A DNA stretch of 63,141 nt, counting the filler, from Folioceros fuciformis (lineage: Eukaryota): the NCBI GenBank assembly GCA_049999805.1. It is 5 parts of 5 records of this genome, joined end to end, with 100 filler letters (N's around TTAATTAATTAA, not from the genome) between each part and the next. Parts side by side here need not be neighbours in the genome. Positions count along the whole stretch, not along the records: positions 1 to 22,433 come from JBNGIO010005938.1; 4 more parts are not named here. One strand, 5' to 3'. The notes under the pieces were generated by a model. The model was not told the origin of the DNA and ran no database searches. It worked only from the letters and a program-made list of their open reading frames with translations. Each line of letters starts with the position of its first letter. Position 1 is the first letter of the stretch. Made by a program: the position numbers and the translations under genes. This document shows positions 1 through 12,200 of the stretch, one piece after another.

Positions 1-88
1 ACGGCTGCAAAAGGTGGATCAGAGAGCGCCGGTTCCATGCTACCACACAATCGTGCCCTGCTTAGCATCCCCGCATGCACATGTACAG

Positions 89-900
89 GAGGAGGAGGGA
101 GATGAAGAAGCCGTGGCATCCCCCGGGCCCGGCAGTGGCACCTACCACGGCGCGGAGGAAGAAGACGACTCGGCGCCGGGAAACGGCCCAGAGCAAGGCA
201 ACAACACGGGCGACACAGACAGCTGCGTCTTCTACCACAACGCAAGCTTGGAGCCGCTCACCGCAGACGAGGCCACCAAGGTGCTCCAGCAAACTGGTGG
301 ACAAGTACAGGGGACGCTACTCCCGGGAGCTGGGCATGGAGGTGGACCGGAGCGAGGAGGAGGTGGAGTGCTAGTTCCCGGCGTCGGTGCTTTTCAACCA
401 CCGGTCCAGCGTCCACCCGTCGCCCTCGCTCCTGCGTCGGCTGGAAGAAGGGGGGATCCGGACTGCGGCGGACGTGCTGGGAGTGGAGTATGGCCCGTGT
501 GACGCAACTCCTCGAGAGCGAGAGCCTGGAGAGACCCGCATGTAGTGTGAACAGGAGGTCACCCTCCCGCCTGCACAAAGCCATTGCGCAGAGCCTCAGG
601 CGCAGCGGGGCGGGCGCATCTCCGCGCTGAAGGACGTGCCGTTCTTCGACCAGCTTCTGGAGAGCGTGGGCCACATCCACGGGCCTGGGACCGAGCACCG
701 TGGGGGTCTTTCTCCACGAGCTCAAAGGCCTGTGGACGGGCTCGGGCCCCGGAACTGGCACTCGGGCCCTCTCTCCGCGATCCGCCATCTCAAGCAGAAG
801 CCTGCGCTCGGACAAGGGCGCCCTACTCCGCCTCACCCACGCGGCCCAGGGATTTGGATGTCCGCGACGCCGGACGCGCGACTTCCTTTCGTCGGTGACC
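89..900 (+). pseudogene. Frameshifted gene for a prokaryote-like helix-hairpin-helix (HhH-GPD / endonuclease III superfamily-like) protein with an acidic N-terminal region
   Basis: Joining frames across several 1-nt shifts gives VLQ/KLVDKYRGRYSRELGMEVDRSEEEVEC*FPASVLFNHR..RRLEEGGIRTAADVL../RVTQLLE../GGRISALKD..LLESVGHIH/GLGPSTVGVFLHELKGLW..AIRHL..KGALLRL. As I recall, this matches a bacterial/archaeal family with GxYSxELGIDL..E.xRWFLAxxLF...GxGPxTVxxFLRELRGVW...EAALVRL. There is an in-frame TAG at 372-374 and a possible splice acceptor tgtacag| at 88. Both ends are approximate. Confidence 0.6.
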
Positions 901-1642
901 CGGCAGGATCGAGTGTTCGAAATGGGCACCACCACGTCCCGCTCCACTTCAGTGGAGACACACATGTCAGGCTCGATTGACGCGAGGAAATTGATGGTAG
1001 CATTTTTCCTTTTTCTTAACTCCCTCTCCACTGGTTTCGCGATCATTCGAGTGTCCGCGCTGGCAAGTCCAGATTCGAGACCAGAACTTCCCGCACAGCA
1101 CATGTTTCGTCCCACCGACGGACCATCTTCCTGGTCACCATCCCAGGTTGAAAACGTCGTTGATTCGTCAAGGACTCCGGTCGAGGGCGTCTTGTAGTTG
1201 TAAGGTTGCCATCAGGCGAGGAGCCTGCCGGTGCACCAACCACGTTAGAACCGGGGCAAGTTCGCGCCTTCTCATACTCCGGGCGTGTGTATCCATAATT
1301 TGCTGCTGCTCCCAGCATTTCCAAGTGCGACACAGAGCGCATTTCCACTTCGGCTGTGCTCCGAAAGTGGAAGTATCCTTCCTAGGTTGTTTCCATTCCA
1401 GTGTGCCGGACACAGCGACCTGTCCACCACTGATCAAGTACGGGCCAGTATAGATGGGGTCGGGGTCCGCTGAAGAAGTGGGGGTGGTCCACACGTAGCA
1501 ACCGATTTCGGTAAAGTATTTGATTAAACAAAGCCCTGGGAAGAATTGTGCGTTTCCAATCGTCGTCGTCTCGGTATCATGACACGAGTAGTTGGCTGGT
1601 GCGGCTGGGCACATTGAGGAGGAGAACGTGGGCGAGGGAGCC

Positions 1643-4335
1643 ATGGAATGCAGCAGATGGGTGGCGTTGGCGGTGTTGATTCAGCTTGCTGTCGGGTGCA
1701 GTGGCGCGGAACGGATTCATGCTCTGGGAGAGGACTTGGATAGGATTTTCCCTCTGGAGCAGCCGCTTCGAATTCACCAGGATCGGGATGGCGCTAGGCG
1801 TGGTCCACGTGCCGCGGGCGCTGTGATGACAGCGGGCCGGGAGCACAATCCATGGGATTCCGGGCTCGCGCTGGGCTCAGACGCAGCTTTGCGCTCTGAG
1901 CATTGGCATGGCGACTACCGGGTGGCGGGGGGATTGGGAAGAAGGAAGGCGCTTCAGCTGCTGGACAATTCAAGCTGGCCTTTGGCTGTGCGAGGGGATC
2001 GCCCAGACCCGCTCGACAAGCTCAGACACTACAGAGGCGGATTCAATGTCAAGAACAAGCACTATTGGGCGGTACGTTGACAGCAATTTTGGTGCCCAGC
2101 TTGACGCAGGATTGGGTTCCGACGGTGTTTGTACTGGTTTTGATCGGGTGTGGAACGCGAGCAGTCTGTTGTCTTCACAGGTATCATTGTGTTGTCTCTA
2201 GGCGCGGTATGGATTCTTGTTGGGATCGTCGTGATTTTGTGGAGGAAGCGGTTGCTCGGGAAACGGGCTGCAGCAACAGGTTTACCAGCTGTTCAGTGCG
2301 TCGGAGCTCTTTTTCTGGCCGCATGTCTGGCTCTGCTATCGATGTGAGTTGTGCATTGTCTTGAAGGAATTTGCTCTTGCCGTTCCATATGCCAGTCTGA
2401 GGGACAATGTCGTGTCAAGAATTGGATTATCTCTGCCCGCACCAGGTCCTGAGCTTAATTCAAGGCAATTACCTTGCAGAGCACTCCTGGGGATGCTACT
2501 CCATGACAACATGAACTTCCAGAAGGACATGAGGAGGGTGGAGGGCATCATCAACACCACAACAGAAACAGCTACGCTGGCTGTTACCGACATCACATCG
2601 CATCTTTCTGCACTAATGCAAGTCAACACCAGTTCCCTGGGCATCTCCTTACAAGACAATGGGGTAAGTTCGGACTTGAACGACATCAACAAGGAAGCAC
2701 ACTCGGTGCAACATAGAGTGGCACAAGTTCTGAAGATTATGAGAAAGGTGCTCAAACCCATGTAAGCTAGAACACCACCTCGTGTCCCCCTGTCCGTTGT
2801 TCTCCCTTGCTGGGAACGTGCCCGGGGCAAGTTGCTTTTTGCTTGTACAGCAGTAGCCGTGTTAATGACTCTTGTGCCTGCAGGAACATCGGTGTGTACG
2901 TCATTGCTGCGGCGGAGGTTGCCCTGCTCTTCGTTGGCCTTGGTAAGTTTGTACTTTTGGAGTCCAGCAGCACTGCATCACACGTTCTATTTGTGACTGA
3001 CTTGCTTCTCGTTCTTCTTGTGAGCTGCAGTGCTTGCTGTATTGCTTTTCAGGTTTCGCAAAGTAGGTCATGCGTTGGTATGGTAAGCAGTTCTCAACAA
3101 ACTAAAACCTCTGTGTCTGCCCCTTCTTCATCACCGCCAGAAGTAGTAGCCTAGTACTTCATCTTACAGTGTGTGAACTGGTGGCAGGGTCACGCTCATC
3201 TGCTGGCTCTTCACCCTACTCGTATGGTTGTCATCTGCAATGTACTTGGTTATCGACAAGTGAGCACCTCAGATCCAGCAATAACGTCCAGTTGTGCATG
3301 CTACAAGCTGTCTACACTCCACAATCACCTTGAAAACCCGTCTGTCTGTTATGGATGCAGTGTTGCAGCTGACGTTTGCACAACAGTGAAAGAGTACCAG
3401 CAGCACCCGGAAAGCACCACACTGGAAGCCATTCTTCCTTGCCGTAAGCTACAGCAAGTGTCTATTGAAGGGATATCGCAACTTAAACAAGAACTGAGTA
3501 TAATCGTGTCGGGAGTAAGTTCTCTCCCTTCCCTCGTACCTGCTCCGCAATTTTGATTTTAGGCCTTACGGATCCCTCTTCTTGTGGCTCCTCTCTTCAG
3601 GTAAACAGCGGCTTCGGCATCGCTCAAAGCTTACTGGGCACGGACTTAGTAGCAGGCGCCAGCTTCGTAACTGTGTGCGACCCCTTTGCAAACGCAAACG
3701 ACTCAACTCTGAGTCTGACCACCATGACACCATCCTGTCCACCGAACACAGTCCCCATCGAGGACTTCCCCGAGGTAAGTGCCGTCTCCTTCCTTCCCTA
3801 ATTGATGGCTGCGCGTGAACGAATGAAGCTCGTGCTCTGACAGGAGCTCTCCACATCGCAGGTTCTCGCGCCTTACGTGTGCCAGGACAGGGACCCAGAC
3901 CCGACTGCGTGCACCTCGAGACAGCAAACAATAACTGAAGAACAGTACAATGCGACGGTTTTGCTCTGCTCCAGACTGCAGACCGTAGTAACGGACGACA
4001 TTCCCGCGATCCAGGTCGTGGCCCAGTGCTCGTTCGTGCTGGATGCCTTCTCCGCCATCCAGCAACAGTGCCCGTCGGTCAAGTCCGCTCTGCGCTCCAT
4101 CTGGATCTTGTTTCTAACCCTGGCTGTGATTAGCGCCCTCGCCATCCTCGGCTGGTTGCTGGCTGTATGGCGCAGCCATGGAGTTCCGCGCTGGGCCAGC
4201 GTCATCGACGCTGATGGATCCAGTATCTTTGACATCGACGATTCCCAGCCCCAACCCAGCAAAAAGACTTTGTCACTCTCCCGTCATGACCAATCCAGTG
4301 CTGACCATAGCCATGGAGATGACGAGCTCGTCTAA
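1643..4335 (+). CDS. Multi-exon plant transmembrane protein, Tweety-like family (At1g71110/At2g12400/At1g80540 type)
   Basis: Signal peptide MECSRWVALAVLIQLAVGC; family motif RPDPLDKLRHYRGGFNVKNKHYWA|SVVFTG; several TM segments; DVCTTVKEYQQHP..TTLEAILPC; Cys-rich loop; C-terminal TM. About 9-10 exons with GT-AG introns (first ones traced in frame); TAA at 4333-4335. Confidence 0.85.
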
Positions 4336-4733
4336 ATTCCAATCCGGAGCTTCTCCAGGACAACCTTTCGCATTCCGCACTTCAAACCATCTTGAGCCAA
4401 GAAGGTATGGGACGAAGGATGGACTCCAAACGACCTTCTCAACGTCGTATACCAAGTTGTGAAATACGAACATGGCATACCATTGTACAAATTGTGAAGT
4501 ACCAAGTCCCATCCCGGAAATCCGTCCGTAGTTGACTGGAATAGAATTTTTCTTCCCTTTTCTCTCCCCGGAAGACGACGATGGGAGGATGTCACATGAC
4601 ATACCACTTTACGGATTGACTGAAGATATATTCTGTGTATGGTATCTTGCCAGCTTACATAGTCACTAAATTAATAAACTATATTTCCCTTATAATCCTT
4701 TGTAAGGAAGATGAATGGTGAATTTGTGGTCTT

Positions 4734-5070
4734 GCATTATCACTCAGCATTGCAATTGAGGTGGTCAGCTTGCATTGATCACTTCGCAATGCAATCGAGG
4801 TGGTCCGCTTGCATTGATCACTTCGCAATGCAATCGAGGTGGTCCGCTTGCATTGATCACTTCGCAATGCAATCGAGGTGGTCAGCTTGCATTGATCACT
4901 TGTCTTGCATTGTCAGCACATGTCTTGCATTGTTCACTCCGCAATGCAATTGAGGTGGNNNNNNNNNNTGTCTTGCATTGTTCACTCCGCAATGCAATTG
5001 AGGTGGTCAGCACATATCTTGCATGGATCACTCCGCAATGCAATCGAAGTGGTTGCAATTGAGGTGGTCA
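4734..5070. repeat. Tandem minisatellite with a 39-bp unit (gcattgatcacttcgcaatgcaatcgaggtggtccgctt) grading into a longer ~48-bp variant
   Basis: Directly visible repeats; 13-aa periodicity in the spurious ORFs (SIALRSDQCKRTT); a 10-N gap inside the array. Confidence 0.9.
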
Positions 5071-5807
5071 ACACATTTGGCTCCATATGATAGGGTGTGA
5101 ATTGGATAATGATTGTCTAATAATCAGCCCATTAACAATGGAGGTAGATGCACTGCATTACACTGCAGATCTCATTGCACTCACAACACCTAGGCATCCA
5201 AGCATGGAAATCAAATTTTTGTGCTAAGGATCGCTTGTAACCTTTGAAGATAACCAAAATTCTTGAAATGCAATGCCAAAGAGTCGAAGAGTTCTTCTTG
5301 GATGGTAATCAAATTCACACAAAGAAAATTAATCTCGTCTGGTTTACGAAGTGCAAATATTTTCACCTTATTGAACTCGTTCGTGCACTCCACATCGAGC
5401 ACTAGCTCTTTTCTATAGGAACTGCAAGACTCCCAACCAGTTTCATGGATTGGATGCGTTCACTGCTAAAAGTTCATGGGATGCACCTGCTAAAAGTTCA
5501 TGGGATGCACCTGGACAGTCGGTATGGTTGTCTAAAAATACTCTGTTCTTTGGTATGCTATGACATTCTTTTTTTAGACGACACAAAGAATGTGTCTAAT
5601 GTCCCGTCGTACCTGTGTTGTAACATAACCGTGGAGCAAGTGACAGGCACGACGCACCCGTCGAGTATATATTGTACGTGGATGTGGATAATGTGGATGC
5701 GTTGTTTGAAGACGATTTCGGTCACTATGGCCAGGCGTTGCAAGTGGCATGAAATGTCCGACATTAGGTTGTCTGGATCGGAGCTAGCTACAGGAGGCGT
5801 CTGAGAG

Positions 5808-7178
5808 ATGGCCATGGAGATCAGCATTGGATGTGCCGCGGCTATCTGCCAGCAATTTGAGGGTTGGAAGTGCAGGGGCCTTAGCGTCGTCAGGAGCTCT
5901 TGCGCGCCTCCCTTTCTCAGCCTGTGCAGCGGCCAGGCCCAGGCGTCTCGATTCGGTCCCGCATTGTCGTGTGCAGATACGAGCGGCAGCGGAAGGCAGA
6001 GATGCGCACGATGGGTGTGCGCAGCAGCAGGGGGAAAGGACGTATACCAGCCTTTCCGGCCCCCGGTCACCAACCTGCCTGCTCCGGGTACTACGTCCCC
6101 GGAGGAGCAGCTGCAGATCCTGAGGGAGAGGCGGGGGCTATGGCACGAGTACGCTCTCGTTGTCCCCTTCCTCGCCCGGGCGGGCTACACCCCGACGCAG
6201 ATAGATGAGGCCACGGGGGTGACCGGGGTGGAGCAGAACATGATCGTGGGGGCTTCCCAGGTGCGGCTGTCGCTCATAGCCGCGGGAATGGGAGCGGAGA
6301 TGCTGAATTTCTTCGATGTGGGAGGGGCTGAACTGCTGTATGAGCTTAGAATTCTGTCCACGGACCAGAGGAAGGCCTCGGCGGAGTTGATCGTGGACAG
6401 AAGGATGGACCCTAAAGAGGCCAAGGATCTGGCCCGGGCTGTGAAAGACTACGACCGGAGGAAGAGAGAGGAGGGGTGGGCAGCCTTCAACAACGGCCGG
6501 CCGGGGGACTGTCTTGCCTTCGCTTGTTACCGCCAGAGCAAGGAGGTGAAATCCGATGCTGAGAGAGAGAGCCTGATCAATAAGGGGCTCAGCTATGCCG
6601 TTTCTGAATCTGCACGGAGCAAGCTAAGGGGAGCCCTAGGGTTGGACGCTGCGCCGGAGTCATCCGAGCGCGAGGAGGCCGTTAGGGCTAGATTACAGGT
6701 GGTCAGGCTTCCTAGCAAGCAGGAGACAGAAAACTCTCCGCTTCCTGTTATACTGCCTGTAGCTACTGACCTGGCGTCTGTGGAAAGTGCTCCTCTGGTT
6801 GGAGCTGTTGGTGATGGTCCCTTCAATGTTTACGGTGCACAACCTGTGTGGAACTCATGGCTGCCTCTTCCAGGATGGTCCTCTGTCTTGACGTCCCGGG
6901 CTCCCATTGCTGTGGTGTTCCCGGATGCAAGTGTTTTAGATGTGGGGTCATCTCCGGGGACTGTTACAAGGAAGGGCAGGAACGAACCTGTCTTGTTGGT
7001 GGTGGACAAGGGAAACGTCGATTTAGAGGAAGATGCTTACTTTCTGGTGGAGGAACACCAGCGCTTGGCTTTGCGGTTAGGTTCCAAAGCAGCTGCAACA
7101 AAACCAAAGACATTCGGGAAAGTTGTAGTTGTATTGAGACCCCCCCTGCCTGAGAACGAAGATGATGTCTGGGAATGA
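5808..7178 (+). CDS. RAF1: Rubisco accumulation factor 1, chloroplastic (intronless, 456 aa)
   Basis: Transit-peptide-like N-terminus, then YQPFRPP, LRERRGLWHEYA, GYTPTQIDEATGVTGVEQN, LLYELRILS..QR, PGDCLAF, and the C-terminal GKVVVVLRPP..DDVWE. Confidence 0.95.
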   Translation: MAMEISIGCAAAICQQFEGWKCRGLSVVRSSCAPPFLSLCSGQAQASRFGPALSCADTSGSGRQRCARWVCAAAGGKDVYQPFRPPVTNLPAPGTTSPEEQLQILRERRGLWHEYALVVPFLARAGYTPTQIDEATGVTGVEQNMIVGASQVRLSLIAAGMGAEMLNFFDVGGAELLYELRILSTDQRKASAELIVDRRMDPKEAKDLARAVKDYDRRKREEGWAAFNNGRPGDCLAFACYRQSKEVKSDAERESLINKGLSYAVSESARSKLRGALGLDAAPESSEREEAVRARLQVVRLPSKQETENSPLPVILPVATDLASVESAPLVGAVGDGPFNVYGAQPVWNSWLPLPGWSSVLTSRAPIAVVFPDASVLDVGSSPGTVTRKGRNEPVLLVVDKGNVDLEEDAYFLVEEHQRLALRLGSKAAATKPKTFGKVVVVLRPPLPENEDDVWE

Positions 7179-7959
7179 GGTGAAGCCGTCATGTAGCCAC
7201 CCTATATGGTCTTGGCTTCTTCACATAAGCCTTTCAGGTGCAAATGGTTTTCGGGTACCAGCCAGACGCATCCATCTCAAATTCCTTCGAAGATGTGTGA
7301 CGAAGGACGCGACGACCAACGCGGGCCTCCTTTCACCATTTATCATGCATGACGTTTGGGGATGATGCCCGCGGTGTCTACGGCCACCCCGGACAAGTGT
7401 GGTCGTGACCAAGTCCCCTGTTGCCACTGGGACTAAGCTGTGAAAGCATCTGCAAAAGGAAAACGGGTGGAAGGTTGTAGCCACCGACTCATTGTCTTAG
7501 TGCTGGTTGCAGACGGTCCTTGTTTAGATTCCTGGCCAACGTTATTTGTGAGGTAGTGCGTACCTGGCGGACTTGCTCCGAAGGTGCTCGGTCCCTTCAA
7601 AACATGGGAAGAAGACCGGGTGTCCCCCTCCCCATCTGTTCGTTTGGAGATTCTACGTGTTTGGTGTGCCCTCCATAATGTGACTCTTCCACTGTCTGTG
7701 ACGCGGAAGGGTCGAGCGAGGCTACCAAGGGTGAGAAGTTCTCTGCATGCTTCTGCATTGCTGACAGTCAAAGTCGTAATCTGAAACACGCGGAGCAAGC
7801 AATAATTTCGCTGAAGGCAACTGCAACACACATTGTGTCGTACCAAAGCTCATCAAAGGGATGAATTTTTCCATCAGTTCTTCACGAAGGATACCAACAC
7901 CTGTTGTTAGCTCCACCTCCCACCATGAATCTAGAATGAATTGGTCTTAGGTTCTTCTG

Positions 7960-9060
7960 CAAAATGTGCAGATGATTGCCTCTATATTACAATATCAATC
8001 TCTCTATATGCTCTAAAATATAATATCAAAGTTTAAGGTAGTGTCACTGCACTATATAGCACTAGGTTGATTGAAAATCAATGGTTGCTGTTGAATCTCT
8101 TCATATCCACGTTTTTTCTTCAATTATCCACGTTTTTTCTTCAATTCATAACAAATGTTTGCTTTGTCTTGATGAATGCTCAAAAAATATATAATCATAA
8201 TTAATCAGCATCATGAGACACGTTATGTAGCATATTGGAGAGAGATTGGTTGTTTTGGAGATTGAATTGTAGAGCTTAAAAAAATTACTATTGGAGTAGT
8301 AACAAGCATCCAATGTTGTGGAGATAGAGTGTTGTGGAGATAGAGATGAAAAAAGTGTTTGCATTTTGTGGAAAGAATTAGAAGAAAAGGAGCGGGTTTT
8401 GCAAGGGTATGAATAGACTATTCAAGATCTAAGTGGAGAGAGAAAGATGGAGAGTTCTCTCTAACCCTTAGGTTCTATATATTCTTGTTGATTTGTGAAT
8501 CTGAAATAAAGAGCAATAGTAGGGGTGCTTTTGTGAGTCCTCCTATTGAAAAGGGCGGGCTACTTAAAGGCCTAATGTTGGTGCTTCGTGCTGAATTTTT
8601 TGCTTTTGCTCTCGCTTCAGTTTCTATGTGTGTGGTTTTCCTAGGGGTGGTACTTTACAAGCACTTATATTATTTGAAAATAAAATAAAAACTTAATATT
8701 CATTCACTTATTTGTTGTACATATCACAGGCATTAGTTTTACTCATGATCTAACATAAGATTATACCCAAGATCCAATTCATATCAAAACTAAAAATGAA
8801 AAAAAAATATTATAATTTTTTCCAAGCTAATGACACGCCCTAGGTATTTGCTGCACTTCATTTTAACCTCATGTCGAAGAGAATTCATTATAATAAATAT
8901 TTTTATCCTACTTAAATAATATAATAAAATAAAATAATAAAATAATAAAATAATAATATAATATACTGAGAAACTTGTAACCAAAGTCGAATCTCTATTT
9001 AATAGAGAAATATAAAATAGAATCAAATTTAATATTGATTGAAGAAGCTATGGTGATATT
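7960..9060. other. AT-rich intergenic block, probably a decayed transposon remnant
   Basis: Sharp drop in GC relative to the flanking genes, short direct duplications (atccacgttttttcttcaatt x2 near 8105-8147) and (aataa)n runs. No recognisable coding motif. Confidence 0.35.
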
Positions 9061-9282
9061 TATCATAGGCAAGCATCCAAATATGTATGGTAAATGGGAT
9101 GTCACCAATATATGCAGTAGTAGCTCTAACACGATCCCTTCGTGAATGTACGAGAATTCAGATGGCAACTTCCGGCAAACTTGCAGAACGGAAACTCGTA
9201 GAAACGGAAGGACGTTCATGGTACCAGCCTGGGCTCATCGTGTCTCCATCGTGTACCAAGCACTGCGAATGAAAGCGATTAG

Positions 9283-12200
9283 ATGGGGATGGCCGGCCTG
9301 TCGTGCAGTGCCCAGAGAATGAAACCTGCAACACGGAGCAGGACTAGCATGTCCCGGATAAGGATACTCTGCGTGCTTCTCATATTACGGAATTGTCTGC
9401 AGCATGTCAGAGCTGGTGAATCTGCTCTCCATTCTACACAGCTTTCTTCGGTTTTGCTATCTGCTGTCACCTTCGATGATATTGAAGTGGGGCCGTACGA
9501 TTGGACGTATTTCAGAGGTGAGGCTCTGCAGAGGCTTGAACGTTGGAATCTATGTACTATTTTTGGGTGACGCAGATGGCAATCTCACTCTGCTCCTTGT
9601 TTTTTTCATTATCACAGCTGAGCTACCTGTAGGCTTCTCGTTGGTTTCCTTTCAATGGAGAAAGAAGTGGGATATGGTGTAAGCTGAGACCTCCTTTGTT
9701 GAGCGAGGAATTTTGGTTTCTGAAACTCTGGTGGTGACCCTCTGAGCTGTTCTTGCAGGTGGAGGTTCAGAGGAACAGCACTGGAGGAAGAGCACCCCTG
9801 GTATGCTTCCGATTTGGAGGACCACCAGTGCCAACACCAGGATGTGAGCTTCTCACCTTTCGCATCGTGTCTGAGTCATGAGATGGGCTGGCTGAAGCTG
9901 AATCTTCTGGCGGCTCGGGCCTTCTGGACCTCTCAACATATGGGAATTCAATTTATAATTGTGCTCCAGGATTGCGGTCTTGCAGTGGGATCCCTTATGA
10001 TGGCAGCCATTGCCGCTGGAAGGATTCAGAATTTCTCGGACATGGGGAAATGTGCACTATTTGAGGAAAGTGTTCAATTCAACCTCACAGACTTGCAGGT
10101 ATTATTCCTTTGTTTTTTGTTCTAGGGTTGAGAAAATTCGTGAGAACCCGTTTGTTGCTGAAACCACTTGATTCTGGTCAGAGGCTTCATTGTTGTGCCG
10201 CAACAGGTGCTGTCTGGAGTTTTTTATGTTGGAGTATTTAGCGATCCTAATCCAACCCGCACACAGTCACAAATGGTAGGCGATCTGCCATTCATTTGTA
10301 TACATTTGCCAACTGCAATAGTGTCTTCAACTATTGATGGGAGTTGATGTTCAGATCTCTCGTGGTAAAATATTTCCCTTCGAGCTACAGCTGGAGGTGG
10401 TTGGGTGTAAAGTTCCTCTGATTGGTCAGTTCTGCGATCTGGATTTGAGCAGGCTTGGCTTACAGCGTCTTCCAGCTAATTATGGAAAGGATTCTGTTCT
10501 GACTACCCCACTGAATGGCTCATGGTTATCTCTATCGATTCAGTGTGCGAAGTCTGGGGGCTGGACCTTGTACGCCCTTCAGGTGACTGACACTGCATCA
10601 AACTTGGAATTCAGGCTGGAAGGCAACTCTACTTCTTGTCTCACAGGTTATGTCAGATATGGTGCCCTCCCAAGCAACACCACTGGTAGTTATGTGCTTC
10701 ATGATGCTGTACCGTTGTCAATAGACGCACCAAAAACTAGATGGTGGTATGTGGGCATCTTTATGGCAAACACATCTGAAAGTAGCAAACTGGGAATGTT
10801 TCAACTCAATGTTGTTACAGTATACAATGGAGATTGCAAACATGTGAAGACAGGAAAGTTGGTGCAGGTTGCAAGTGGAACCTAACAGCACTTGAGGTGA
10901 GTGCAGCGGACGGTCGTGCTCTCCCTTCTTACGCTCTTACGTTGCATATTTTGTGAACAGGAAGGACAGAAGTGAGGAACTGCGTCATAACTTGAAAAGC
11001 GTTGCAAAACATGATCAAGTCGTGGTGGCCTTGTGCCGTTTGGAGTAATTGAGTGATATGGTCGCAATAATGTCAAGTAGTTGTCCGTCCTAGAGTTTAA
11101 AGCTACTTGCCAGGGCCACTAGCTTAACTGTCGAAAAGCAGATGTCAAGTCGATGACCGCAGTAAGCTGAATTGCAGAATCTGAATCCTGTTTGAATGTC
11201 TCGCAGCGGGTACTTGAGGACGAAGGCGAGTCTCTATTCGACTCCTACTTTAGGCCAATCCGATCAGCAGCATTGATGGAGACCAAGTTTCGACGTTGGT
11301 TCTCATATCCCTTGGTGCCTGCAGTAGTCACAGTTGATGCAAAACATACTCCTGAGGCGTGGGCATACTTTTATCTGAAGTTGCCACAGGGTACAGCTGG
11401 TTCAGTTCTGTCAGTTAATGTCATAACACCAGCAACTATGCCAGTGCTTGTTGTGGCTCGATTTGAAGGTCTGCTACCTCAGACTTATGGGATTTTCGTC
11501 GTGCAAGTAGCCAACTGCAAGGGACTAACTCTCTTTTCTCAACAAAGTCACAGTCAATGCCTATGAAGCTCGATCTTGTATATCCTGCGGAAGGTGCCTG
11601 GTACATTGGAGTCCAGAGCTCCATTATGTCTACTACAGACAAGAATGATATGCCGAACATATCAGAGGCAGAAATAAAGATGCGTGTTCATCTTCACGGT
11701 TGTGTCGGTAAATGCTCACGACATGGCGTCTGTAAGACCCGGTACGATGAGAGTCGATTACATTATTACAGGTGAGTGCGAGTTTGGTACAGCGAGTCCT
11801 GCTTAACCAGACCTTCGAGAACACACTGTAAAGCGTAACGCTTTGTGGTGATGCTGTAGTTACTGCTACTGTGATCGAGCTCATGGCGGTCTTGATTGTT
11901 CTGTGGGGGTTCTTGCTCGTGGAGGTGAGTGTGTTAGACTCCTAAGTATTTGATGTGTGCAGGGAGTGATACCCTCAGATGAGCTCACGTCTTGGGCCTC
12001 GCTTACAGGACAGGCGCTGCACATATTTGCGCTTATTGCATCCAATATAGCAGCACTTTTACCAAGCGTGTGGTCCCTTCAACAAAAAGTACGGTTCTTT
12101 CTGGATTCTGTTGCAAGTGCTAGAAGTAGATGATGCGAACTTTGTACTTTGTGTTGGGATTATTTAAATCTGAAAATGTCGTGAAGGCATACTCGGAGTG

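Noticed and set aside
372-374. In-frame TAG stops (also 30084 and 47826) repaired by U-to-C RNA editing
   Set aside because: Such editing is known for organellar transcripts; this is nuclear DNA, and the pseudogenes also carry frameshifts.
1043-1644. Minus-strand ORFs of 101 and 158 aa upstream of the Tweety-like gene
   Set aside because: No recognisable motifs; ORFs of this length are expected in GC-rich promoter/UTR DNA.
4734-5070. CRISPR-like appearance of the 39-bp repeats
   Set aside because: The units are contiguous with no unique spacers, there are no cas genes, and the context is eukaryotic.
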